Of a DNA stretch of 17,864 nt, positions 7,002 through 16,150 are shown piece after piece. The stretch is from a bacterium. Lineage in GTDB: Bacteria; SZUA-182; DTGQ01; JAFGSM01. Position 1 is the stretch's first letter; every line of letters begins with the position of its first letter. The stretch is from positions 1 to 17,864 of the forward strand of contig JBLIRO010000090.1 of NCBI GenBank assembly GCA_049472335.1, read 5' to 3'. Below the pieces are notes generated by a model. The model had not been told where the DNA came from. It made no database searches and saw nothing but the letters and a program-made list of their open reading frames with translations. The position numbers and the translations under genes are program-made.

Positions 7002-9295
7002 CAAGGAGAAATAAAATGAACAGGAAAAGCGGGCTGAAAAAAGCGAAAACAATCAAAATTGTTATTATGGCGATCCTTCTGGGCTTTGCACTTTTTTCCA
7101 TTTACTATGTTCACTGGCTGGCTCACACATTCGTTATTTCCATCCATATCTTTTATATCCCTATCATTCTTGCTTGTATCTGGTGGAAGCGCAAAGGGAT
7201 TTTTATTGCCCTTTTCCTGGGTGCAAACCTGCTTTTCAGCCATCTCTTTCAGGAACTCCACCCCGGAGAGGTGTTAACTTCCGTTATGTTTGTTCTGGTT
7301 GCCCTCTTAATTTCCGAGTTGGGCAGACAGACTGCAAAGGCAGAGGAAGAAACCAAGGCATGGCATGAAAATTTCAATCAGATCTTCGATGCAACGGGAA
7401 ACGGACTTGTCGTCATAGACAGGGATTTCAACATCATGCAGTGCAACGAAGCATTTCTAAATCTGACAGGTTTGGACAAATCCCTTGTTATAGGAAAAAA
7501 ATGCTTTAATACCTTTCCTTGTATATACTGTCATAGCCCTTACTGCACCCTGAGGCAGATCCTCAACGGAAGGGGGCGTGTCGAGTGTGACACGGAAAAG
7601 GAACGGGCCGACGGCACAAAGATATCCTGCATCCTGACCGCGACACCTTTTTGGGGACCTGGCGGGCAGCTTGTCGGTATTGTCGAAGATTTTAAGAACA
7701 TCACTGACAGAAAGGCTACAGAGAATGCCCTTAAGGAAAGCGAAGAGAGATACCGATCCTTTGTGAAAAATTTTAAAGGCATTGCATACCAAAGCAAAAA
7801 AAATTTTACTCCTATCTTTTGCCATGGGGCTGTTAAAGAGATAACCGGCTATTCGGAGGAGAATCTGGTCGCAGGAAATCCACATTGGGAACAGATTATA
7901 CATAAGGACGATCTCCCCCAAATCATGCGCAGTTTTGAAAAATTATGCAAAAACCGCGAATGCATATGTGAAAGGGAATACCGGATAGTATGCAAGGATG
8001 GTGATATCCGTTGGATTGAAGAAATTATTCAAACCCTATCAGATGGGTCAGGCCAACCTTCTTTGATTCAGGGTATTATCTATGATATTACCGAAAAGAA
8101 GCAAACAGAGGAGACATTGCAAAAAACAGAGGAAAGATTTCTTCGGGCGCAAAAACTGGAGGCGATCGGAAGGCTTGCGGGCGGCATTGCCCATGACTTC
8201 AACAATCTTCTTACCATCATCAATGGCAACAGTGTCCTTATTCTTGATGAACTTGAAGAAGGGCATCCACTGCGCAGCGATATCGAAGAGATCCAACACG
8301 CAGGTGATCGCGCATCCACTTTGATAAGCCAGCTTCTTGCCTTTAGCCGCAGGCAAATACTTTCACCAAAGGTCCTGAATCTTAACAAGGTTTTATCTGA
8401 AACAGAAACGATGCTCAGACGTATTATAGGCGAGGATATTGAACTACAGACCGTTTTCGATCCCAATCTGCTGCGAATTAAGGCTGATCCGGGACAAATT
8501 GAGCAGATCGTTCTAAACATTGCTGTCAACGCACGTGACGCAATGCCCCATGGAGGCACTCTGATCATCAGGACGGAAAATGTGGTCCTGGAGAAAGAAG
8601 ATTGTAAAGTAATGAATGAAGCCAGACCCGGAAGGTTTGTACGATTATCAATCGAAGACACCGGGAAAGGGATGGATAAAGAAACACTCAACAAAATCTT
8701 CGAACCCTTCTTCACTACCAAGGAACCAGGGGTTGGGACAGGGCTTGGTCTCTCAACGGTCTATGGGATTGTCAAACAGCACGAAGGCTGGATACACGTT
8801 TACAGTGAGAAGGAATACGGCTCCATATTTCATATATATCTTCCGTCCTTGAATGAAAAAGAACCCCCAAGTGTAAAAAAACCTGTTTCGCTGGAAAAAT
8901 TCAGGGGCACAGGGGAAAGGATCTTATTAGTAGAGGATGAGGAAGGAGTTCGCCGTTTTGCAAAAAAAGCCCTTGAGAAAAATGGTTTCGTAGTATTTGA
9001 AGCAATGAATGCGCTACAAGCCCTCTCCATATTTGACAGGGAAATGGGGAACTTTGATCTTGTTTTTACGGATATAGTGCTCCCGGATATCAACGGGGTT
9101 CAACTTGCATGTCAACTCCGGGAAAAAAATCCCGAACTTCGTATCATTCTATGCAGCGGTTATTCCTATATAAGCACACAATGGTCTATTATCGAGGAAA
9201 AAGGCTTTCATTTCATTAAAAAGCCTTACAATACATACGATCTGCTCAAGTTATTTAAAGAGACCAATAATCCGGTAAAAAAGGCTGTGAGGTGA
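6998..9295 (+). CDS. Membrane-bound hybrid sensor histidine kinase (TM-PAS-PAS-HisKA-HATPase-REC)
   Basis: N-terminal TM helices; two PAS/PAC domains; H-box LAGGIAHDFNNLL; N-box NIAVNARDAM; G boxes DTGKGM, FEPFFTTK, GTGLGL; REC domain LLVEDE..TDIVLP..KP. Confidence 0.95.
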   Translation: MTRRNKMNRKSGLKKAKTIKIVIMAILLGFALFSIYYVHWLAHTFVISIHIFYIPIILACIWWKRKGIFIALFLGANLLFSHLFQELHPGEVLTSVMFVLVALLISELGRQTAKAEEETKAWHENFNQIFDATGNGLVVIDRDFNIMQCNEAFLNLTGLDKSLVIGKKCFNTFPCIYCHSPYCTLRQILNGRGRVECDTEKERADGTKISCILTATPFWGPGGQLVGIVEDFKNITDRKATENALKESEERYRSFVKNFKGIAYQSKKNFTPIFCHGAVKEITGYSEENLVAGNPHWEQIIHKDDLPQIMRSFEKLCKNRECICEREYRIVCKDGDIRWIEEIIQTLSDGSGQPSLIQGIIYDITEKKQTEETLQKTEERFLRAQKLEAIGRLAGGIAHDFNNLLTIINGNSVLILDELEEGHPLRSDIEEIQHAGDRASTLISQLLAFSRRQILSPKVLNLNKVLSETETMLRRIIGEDIELQTVFDPNLLRIKADPGQIEQIVLNIAVNARDAMPHGGTLIIRTENVVLEKEDCKVMNEARPGRFVRLSIEDTGKGMDKETLNKIFEPFFTTKEPGVGTGLGLSTVYGIVKQHEGWIHVYSEKEYGSIFHIYLPSLNEKEPPSVKKPVSLEKFRGTGERILLVEDEEGVRRFAKKALEKNGFVVFEAMNALQALSIFDREMGNFDLVFTDIVLPDINGVQLACQLREKNPELRIILCSGYSYISTQWSIIEEKGFHFIKKPYNTYDLLKLFKETNNPVKKAVR

Positions 9296-9330
9296 GGGAG
9301 CATTCTTTCATAAAAAAATGAGGATTCAAT

Positions 9331-9930
9331 ATGGAAGATAACACGGATTTTTTGATTTTTTTAGACAGGTGCAAAAAAAAAGAAAAGAAAGCATGGAATA
9401 TCTTTATAGAAAAGTATGGTAATCTTATTTATCACTATATAATAAAAACCTTAAGAAGATATTATTACCCCTTTCAGATTGATGAAATTGATGATATTTT
9501 TCATAACGTCTTTTTAGCCCTATTAGATAATGATTGTAAGAGACTCAAAGTATTTAGAAATCGAGATGAGTACTCTTTTATTGCCTATTTAAGAGTGATC
9601 AGTTATAACACTTCGATTGATTATTTAAGAAAACAAAAAACCCTTGTAGACCTGGAAAATATTCAAAATCGTGTTTCAGATAATAATTGTAATAAACAAT
9701 TTGATCAAAGAGAGCTTCAGAATATTATTTTGATGATAAGGAAAAATCTTTCTGATAGGCATAATTATCTATTTAAGTTGATTTATGAAGAAGGGTTTAT
9801 TCACTCAGAAATTGCAGAAATAATGAATATTAAAACAAACACAGTTCATCAATTAAAATTTCGAATGATTAAAAATATTCATAAAATAGCTAAAAATAAA
9901 AATTTATTTAATATTTTAAAATATATTTAA
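9331..9930 (+). CDS. ECF-type RNA polymerase sigma-70 factor
   Basis: AWNIFIEKYG..DDIFHNVF..F.AYLRVISYNTSIDYLRK (region 2) and LSDR..LF.LIYEEG..HSEIAEIMNIKTNTVHQLKFR (region 4). Confidence 0.9.
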   Translation: MEDNTDFLIFLDRCKKKEKKAWNIFIEKYGNLIYHYIIKTLRRYYYPFQIDEIDDIFHNVFLALLDNDCKRLKVFRNRDEYSFIAYLRVISYNTSIDYLRKQKTLVDLENIQNRVSDNNCNKQFDQRELQNIILMIRKNLSDRHNYLFKLIYEEGFIHSEIAEIMNIKTNTVHQLKFRMIKNIHKIAKNKNLFNILKYI

Positions 9931-9992
9931 CATGCCTTGGTAAAAAGGGAAAAGAAAAAATGCCTGTAGATTGTTAAAAAATTTGACAGAAC

Positions 9993-10021
9993 TTGACAAA
10001 AATTTGGTTATTTGGTAAAAT
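9993..10021 (+). promoter_or_regulatory. Sigma70-type promoter with shared spacer element (for arsR)
   Basis: TTGACA AAAATTTGGTTATTTGG TAAAAT (17 nt). Confidence 0.75.
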
Positions 10022-10068
10022 ATATATAAAATTAATTTTAATATTTTTATCTAATGCGGAGGTTAAAT

Positions 10069-10389
10069 ATGGATTCCAAAGCAAAGGCTCGCTATGAAGC
10101 TCAAGCTAAAATTATTAAAGCTATAGCTCATCCTACACGTCTTTTTATTGTGGACGAATTAAAGCGTCAGGAAAGATGTGTTTGTGAGCTAACAGAAATG
10201 GTAGGCGTGGACATATCCACCATATCTAAACATCTTTCTGTCCTCAAAGGTGCAGGTATTGTAATAGATGATAAAAGGGGAACCCAGATCTATTATAAAT
10301 TAAAAGTTCCATGTATCCTGGATTTTATGCACTGTGTGGAGCACGTTTTAAAAACCAATGCTAAAGAACATTTGGCCTTGGTTCTGTGA
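10069..10389 (+). CDS. arsR: ArsR/SmtB-family metalloregulatory repressor
   Basis: KAIAHPTRLFIV..ERCVCEL..STISKHLSVLK.AGIV...RG..IYY; alpha3 CVCEL Cys motif plus C-terminal cysteines; GGAGGT RBS before ATG 10069. Confidence 0.9.
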   Translation: MDSKAKARYEAQAKIIKAIAHPTRLFIVDELKRQERCVCELTEMVGVDISTISKHLSVLKGAGIVIDDKRGTQIYYKLKVPCILDFMHCVEHVLKTNAKEHLALVL

Positions 10390-10550
10390 ATCAGATCAAT
10401 TATCATTTTAATTTTAACTTTATTTGTTGAATATACATTTTTACAATCCATATAAAGTGATTTGGTAAAATGATATAAGGTTATTTGGGTTTCAATCACT
10501 ATTTTTAATCTCAAATGCCATATATATGTTCCTAACCAGGGCATCATAAA

Positions 10551-10849
10551 CTAACAGCTATCGGCCTTCTCTGCCGGAATAATATCAATATCGAAAGGTG
10601 CCGCTATTAGACATGCTTCAAAACCTGTCTTTAATATATCATTAATATTCATTCCTTCCACAAGTATATGGATATCTGTTTTTTCATGAAGGTAATCATT
10701 ACTAACGAGGGAACCAAATAGTATTACTTTTTTAGCTTTGTACTTTTTTTTATGGAGGGCCGCTACCTTCTTTGCTTTTTGGTAGCTTCATTACGGATGA
10801 GCCTGATCTTTCTTGCCCCTCTTTTTTCTACAGCTTCTCGGTGTATCAT
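10551..10849 (-). pseudogene. Frameshifted minimal nucleotidyltransferase (MNT, Pol-beta fold) antitoxin
   Basis: Not in the ORF track. The minus strand reads ...AKKVAALHKKKYKAKKVILFGSLVSNDYLHEKTDIHILVEG...PFDIDIIPAE; frameshift near 10775-10785; DxD motif changed to DIH. Confidence 0.8.
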
Positions 10850-11216
10850 TATTGCTCTTTAAATTATGTTTATCAGTAAGTTACGAAAAAGTATAACGAA
10901 CTATAACAATTTTGTTAAAGAGAGGGAAAATTATAAATAAATTTTATTTCAATCCTTAAGAAATGAAATATAAATATTATTCCCAAATTGTCTGGATATG
11001 GGAATAATTTATAATACGTGAATCCTTTGTAACAATCGGAACCCCCAGAGTAAGAGCCGTTGAGATTATTATACAGTCAGGTTAAATTAGCAAACCTTAA
11101 TAATTTCCATACAGATTAATCCAGACAAAAAATCATCAAGGGTTAATGCAACATTATGCAACAACAATATATCAATTAAAAAATAATTATATAATTAAAA
11201 TATAAATTAATTAACA

Positions 11217-11235
11217 ATAAGTTCAATGAACTTAT
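11217..11235. promoter_or_regulatory. Perfect 9-1-9 palindrome, putative transcription-factor operator
   Basis: ATAAGTTCA-A-TGAACTTAT. Confidence 0.45.
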
Positions 11236-11572
11236 GATGATGTGTGCTTGCATCATTATATCATGTTGTTACAAGGTATGTTATTACACCTAAAAGGCCC
11301 TATATCCTTAAAATACCTGGACAGCACTATTGAAATGACACAATAATACAAGTTGTTGCAGTGTTTAATATGATATGAATATTACATATTTAAATATAAG
11401 ACAAATAAATCTAATTTTTTCTCATATTAAACAATAATAGTATTTCTTTCGTTATTTTTATGGCAGGTATATAAAATGCAGCATAATGTAATTAGTTCAA
11501 AATATAATTCAACTTTTTCCTAAGAAATAAATATTAATAAATTTCACAGAATTTATAAATTGGGGGGATGAA

Positions 11573-11815
11573 ATGTTTAATCTTCTGATTTTTATGATAT
11601 TTTTAGCATGTTTGAGCCTTTTGTGTGTTTTTATTGCGAACATCAAAAAAATAGTACCCCATGGATGGGGAAAAAGAGTAGTTTTCCACAGCAAAGACGA
11701 TAGTCAGAAAAAAGGAAAAAAGGGAATTGAAAAGGATTATGAACCTTATAAAAGAGGCAATGTTCATCCTTCAAAAGCAAATTCCTGGTCTGTGGGAGTT
11801 ATTGGACATTCTTAA
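11573..11815 (+). CDS. Hypothetical small single-TM membrane protein, 80 aa
   Basis: G-rich RBS (GGGGGGA), N-terminal hydrophobic helix, Lys-rich tail. Confidence 0.5.
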   Translation: MFNLLIFMIFLACLSLLCVFIANIKKIVPHGWGKRVVFHSKDDSQKKGKKGIEKDYEPYKRGNVHPSKANSWSVGVIGHS

Positions 11816-11903
11816 TCCATGAAAACTTTATCCATGAGCCTGCTGAACTGAATTGATGCCGTAAGAAGAGAAAAACAAAAGGGCTTTGTGATGGAATACA
11901 GGT

Positions 11904-12146
11904 AGCATTCAGCGGTCAGGGAAAGCTACAGTAAGACTAGAGAAGCCCTATTGAAATTTTTTGTAGTGATGGTCTTATTGAATGACATCCCTGAGGATCA
12001 CTTGGGTTGAGGTTCGGTTTTGGGGGTCCGCTTTACCTCAACCTAAGTGAACTCCTCCTGACAAATATAGAGTGCTTCTTTAATGAAGCACTCTATCACC
12101 TCGCTTCACTTTTCCGCTGTAAGCTGAAGGCTGACTGCTGAATGCT
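11904..12146 (+). other. Highly structured multi-stem element in the leader of the V/A-ATPase operon
   Basis: Outer stem 11904-11919/12131-12146; inner stems 11998-12013/12035-12050 and 12067-12078/12085-12096. Confidence 0.65.
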
Positions 12147-12204
12147 TATCTCACATTTTTAGAATACTATTCACATATTAGTTCAAAAGCAGGGAATTGC
12201 CATC

Positions 12205-12537
12205 ATGATAGAAAAAGATATCATTACCCAGATGCTTCAGATCGAAAAAGATGCTTGCCAACTGATTGAAGAGACAAAGGAAAAGGCTAACCAATTGCTT
12301 TTACATGCCAGAAATAAAGCCAAAAGGCTGTCTGAAGGGACAAAAAAGGCATTATCTCAAGACAGGGAAACACTAAAAAAGCGTCTCCGGGAAGAGGCTG
12401 AAATAAAGATAGAAAAGATAATGAGGGAAAAGCAGGCAGCTATAGACAAAATAGATGCCCAGGAAAAGCAAAAAATGGAACTGGCCATTAAAAAAATAAG
12501 AAAGTTTTTATTTGATGCGTTTCCGGGGGGGTTATGA
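12205..12537 (+). CDS. V/A-type ATPase peripheral stalk subunit H/G
   Basis: Charged coiled coil (IIxxxxxIEKxAxxLIEExKEKA); first gene of the operon; ATGA overlap with subunit C. Confidence 0.75.
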   Translation: MIEKDIITQMLQIEKDACQLIEETKEKANQLLLHARNKAKRLSEGTKKALSQDRETLKKRLREEAEIKIEKIMREKQAAIDKIDAQEKQKMELAIKKIRKFLFDAFPGGL

Positions 12538-13574
12538 TATTTATATCAGCCTTTCGTTTTTCATATATTAACTCAAAGCTGCATTCCTTAAAAAGCATGT
12601 TGCTGAAGCAATCTGACTATAAGAACCTTATCCAGTCACAAGGCTTTAATGGTTTTGTCGAATATTTAAAGCCAACTCCTTACGGAAAGGATCTGGATGA
12701 ATCAATCCATTCCTATGACGGGCTTACCCTAATATACTACAGAAATCTTTTAAATGATTATATAAAACTTATAGATAATATCTCCATTAATCATAAACCT
12801 TTGGTCCAGCATTTATATCAAAGATATGAATTAGAGAATATTAAGGTTATTTTAAGGACCATTTGTTATGAAAGATCAAAAAAGGAGGCTTTCGAACTTC
12901 TATTTCCATTAAACAAATATCAGACGGTTTCCATAGACGAATTACTCGACTCAAAAGACCTTTTGGATTTTATCAATAGGCTAAAAGACACATGGTATTA
13001 TAATCCATTGGATAATTCATCCTATCGTTTTGAAAAAGAAGGTGAAACATTTCCCCTGGAGATAGCTCTTGATTTAAGTTATTACGCAAGGTTATGGGAA
13101 ATTGTCTCTTCCCTGAAACGGGATGATAAAAAAACTGCCAAATCTCTTATAGGAATCCAGTTAGATGCATTAAATATATTATGGATAATCCGTTTCAAAG
13201 AAAGTTATCATTTTTCTCCTGAAGAGATTCTAAATTATAGCTTGACGAATGGGAGTTTCATCTCTCCAAAGAAAAGAAAAAGATTAGCTTATTCCATCGA
13301 TCAAAGGAATATTATAAACAATTTAAATGGCACTCCCTATAATAAGATTTTAAATGAAATAGACGATCCGGAGATAGCCTATACTGTCTTATTGCAATAT
13401 ATCTTTTATCAGTCAAAAAAAAATTTGATAGCCAATCCGTTTCAGATTGGTATCATCCTTGATTATCTTTTTTTTAAAGAGATCGAGGTCAGGAACCTCA
13501 TCACTATTACTGAGGCAAGAAAGATAGGGCTTTCAACGGAAAAAATGAACGGATATTTAATAGAATTATTTTAG
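12534..13574 (+). CDS. ntpC: V/A-type ATPase subunit C (d)
   Basis: YINSKLHSLKSMLL, YELENIKVILR, LEIALDLSYY, D.LNILWIIR.K, YLFFKEIEVRNLITITE motifs; operon context. Confidence 0.88.
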   Translation: MIFISAFRFSYINSKLHSLKSMLLKQSDYKNLIQSQGFNGFVEYLKPTPYGKDLDESIHSYDGLTLIYYRNLLNDYIKLIDNISINHKPLVQHLYQRYELENIKVILRTICYERSKKEAFELLFPLNKYQTVSIDELLDSKDLLDFINRLKDTWYYNPLDNSSYRFEKEGETFPLEIALDLSYYARLWEIVSSLKRDDKKTAKSLIGIQLDALNILWIIRFKESYHFSPEEILNYSLTNGSFISPKKRKRLAYSIDQRNIINNLNGTPYNKILNEIDDPEIAYTVLLQYIFYQSKKNLIANPFQIGIILDYLFFKEIEVRNLITITEARKIGLSTEKMNGYLIELF

Positions 13575-13590
13575 ATCAGGAGAGTTGGAA

Positions 13591-15588
13591 ATGCTAAAGC
13601 CTACGCAGATGACAAAGATAAATCTACAGGTCTCCGAGGATTGTATCTCCAGGGCAACAATTGTTATTGCCAGGTTAAAGAGTCTTCATTTGTTGAATGT
13701 TCGCAAGATACCTTTAGGGCAAAATGATTTTGAAACTAATCAGGAGAATGTCTTGGTAAACAAATACAAGAAATTAAATAAAAGACTCCAGGACCTTTTT
13801 GAGTCATTGGGGCTTGAATTTGAAATTCCGCCATGTTGTTCGGCAATGACAGATTTCGATCCATATAAGGATATTGTCAAGCTTGAAAAAGAACTGCAGG
13901 AAAAAGAAGGAGAAATCAACAATATTATAGAAAAAATCAAGTTAGAGAGAGAGTCAAAAAGAGAAAAGCAGGAGTTGCTTAGGCTTTTAGAGATGATCTT
14001 CAGCCTGAATATCGATCTTAGTCAATTCAATAATTGTAAGTTCCTATATCTTGGGGTCGGACTGATCCCTTCTGAAAATATCGACAGATTGGAATTCAGT
14101 TTATCCAGCATCTATCACATCCTGCTTCCATCAACTCCTTTGGGCAAAAGGCGCCTTTGCTTTGTTCTTGCATCAAAAAAAGATGAGGAAAAGATAGAGA
14201 AGGCCTTCAAAAGCGCTTATTTTAAAAAATTGGATCTCTCTTTGATCAGGGAGGGAGTTGATGAATCCAGGCTTAAGGACCTGCGCGGAGAGATCCGGGA
14301 CCTCAAAATCGATATAAATCTGGCTGAAGATTACCTCGAGAAGCTAAAAAAACGCGCCCAAAAGGGCCTGCATGAAATACATCAAAAGATCTATCTTTCT
14401 TTGATAATTCTGGACGCGGCAAGGTCATTCGACAAGGTCGGCAATAATTACCATATCTCCGGCTGGGTTCCCAATGATTTCATACCCGTCCTGGAAAAAG
14501 AGATCAAAAAGGCCTGCCCTTCTCAAAAGGTCAGGATCTCCATCCCTTCTTCGGATTCTGATTTGGATGAAAAAAGCAAAAAGAAGGGTTTTGTCAAAAT
14601 ACCGACCTGTTTAAAGAATCCTTTCTTCCTGAGACCATTCGAAAAACTGGTTTTTGGCTATGACATCCCGGACTATCACGAGGTTGAGCCGACGCTTTTT
14701 TTTGCCCTGGGTTTTCTATTGATGTTCGGTGTGATGTTCGGAGACGTCGGGCATGGTCTTGTATTGTTTCTCCTGGGCCTTTTTATTGCCAAAAAAATAA
14801 AAAAACCGGCCCTGGTCCAGGTTGGATTTATAGCCATGGAATGTGGTGTGATGTCTTCCATCTTTGGGTTTCTATATGGATCTGTTTTTGGTTTTGAGCA
14901 CATTTTACCGGCCTTATGGTTTCATCCCATGCAAAACATTTATTATTTCATGAAGGTGACTATTGGTTTCGGTATAGGCTTCATAAGCCTTGGGTTATTA
15001 TTAAACATCATCAATTCAATCAAAAACAGGGAGTTTGTCAAGGGAATCTTCGGAGAGCTCGGAATCATGGGTCTGGTTTTTTACTGGGGATGTGTCGGTT
15101 TATGTGTGCTGTATTTGGTGAAGGGGAAATTTATCATTAGCAATGCATACCTGTTATGGCTGCTTATTCTTCCTCTTGTAGCCATCTTCTTAAAAGAGCC
15201 CATTTACAATATATATAATAGACTGGTTTTAAGGAAAAAAGTAAAAATATGGCCCTCTAATCCGGCTATTTATTTCCTGGAGTCATTTATTGAAATCGGA
15301 GACACGATCATAGGATTTCTCTCCAATACCGTTTCCTTTATTCGTGTATCCGCCTTTGCCCTTGCCCACGCAGGTCTGTTCCTGGCAGTTTTCGCACTGG
15401 CCCAGACCCTTCAAAATGTAAAAGGAGGTCCTTTTTGGTACTGGTTAATAGTTATTATAGGAAATATAGGGATTATTGTGGTGGAAGGCCTTGTGGTCTC
15501 AATCCAGACAATCCGTCTCGAATATTATGAATTTTTCAGCAAATTTTTCAAAGGGGGAGGGGAACTGTATCAGCCATTGAAAAATTAA
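13591..15588 (+). CDS. ntpI: V/A-type ATPase subunit I (a)
   Basis: LKPTQMTK N-terminus, GWVP, P..L.NP, EVEPT, MFGVMFGDVGHG, SNTVSFIRV (essential Arg), IQTIRLEYYEFFSKFF. Confidence 0.95.
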   Translation: MLKPTQMTKINLQVSEDCISRATIVIARLKSLHLLNVRKIPLGQNDFETNQENVLVNKYKKLNKRLQDLFESLGLEFEIPPCCSAMTDFDPYKDIVKLEKELQEKEGEINNIIEKIKLERESKREKQELLRLLEMIFSLNIDLSQFNNCKFLYLGVGLIPSENIDRLEFSLSSIYHILLPSTPLGKRRLCFVLASKKDEEKIEKAFKSAYFKKLDLSLIREGVDESRLKDLRGEIRDLKIDINLAEDYLEKLKKRAQKGLHEIHQKIYLSLIILDAARSFDKVGNNYHISGWVPNDFIPVLEKEIKKACPSQKVRISIPSSDSDLDEKSKKKGFVKIPTCLKNPFFLRPFEKLVFGYDIPDYHEVEPTLFFALGFLLMFGVMFGDVGHGLVLFLLGLFIAKKIKKPALVQVGFIAMECGVMSSIFGFLYGSVFGFEHILPALWFHPMQNIYYFMKVTIGFGIGFISLGLLLNIINSIKNREFVKGIFGELGIMGLVFYWGCVGLCVLYLVKGKFIISNAYLLWLLILPLVAIFLKEPIYNIYNRLVLRKKVKIWPSNPAIYFLESFIEIGDTIIGFLSNTVSFIRVSAFALAHAGLFLAVFALAQTLQNVKGGPFWYWLIVIIGNIGIIVVEGLVVSIQTIRLEYYEFFSKFFKGGGELYQPLKN

Positions 15589-15604
15589 TTAGAGAAGTTA
15601 ATGA

Positions 15605-15682
15605 AAATTGCAAAATGAAAAATGAAAATTTAGGGAATACATTATCTTGCATTTTAAAATTTGCAATTTGCATTTTGCAATT
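15605..15682. repeat. Palindromic heptamer (AAAATGC/AAATTGC) repeat element between ntpI and ntpK
   Basis: AATTGCAAAATG (15606-15617) pairs with CATTTTGCAATT (15671-15682); further degenerate 7-mers lie inside. Confidence 0.7.
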
Positions 15683-15718
15683 CTTAAGAAAATACACAGT
15701 TAATATGAATCAATCTGA

Positions 15719-16099
<381 letters not shown>

Positions 16100-16150
16100 T
16101 GTAACGGATTTGTAATTTTGTTCATTCGGGGATTAAAGGGGGCGATAAAA

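Noticed and set aside
7520..7534. CXXCH (CIYCH) as a c-type heme site
   Set aside because: It lies in a cytoplasmic PAS domain, out of reach of cytochrome c maturation; more likely part of a Cys cluster.
11963..11995. Fluoride riboswitch-like GTGATGG...AATGAC
   Set aside because: It lacks the intervening stem and spacing, reads as a simple hairpin, and no fluoride-related gene follows.
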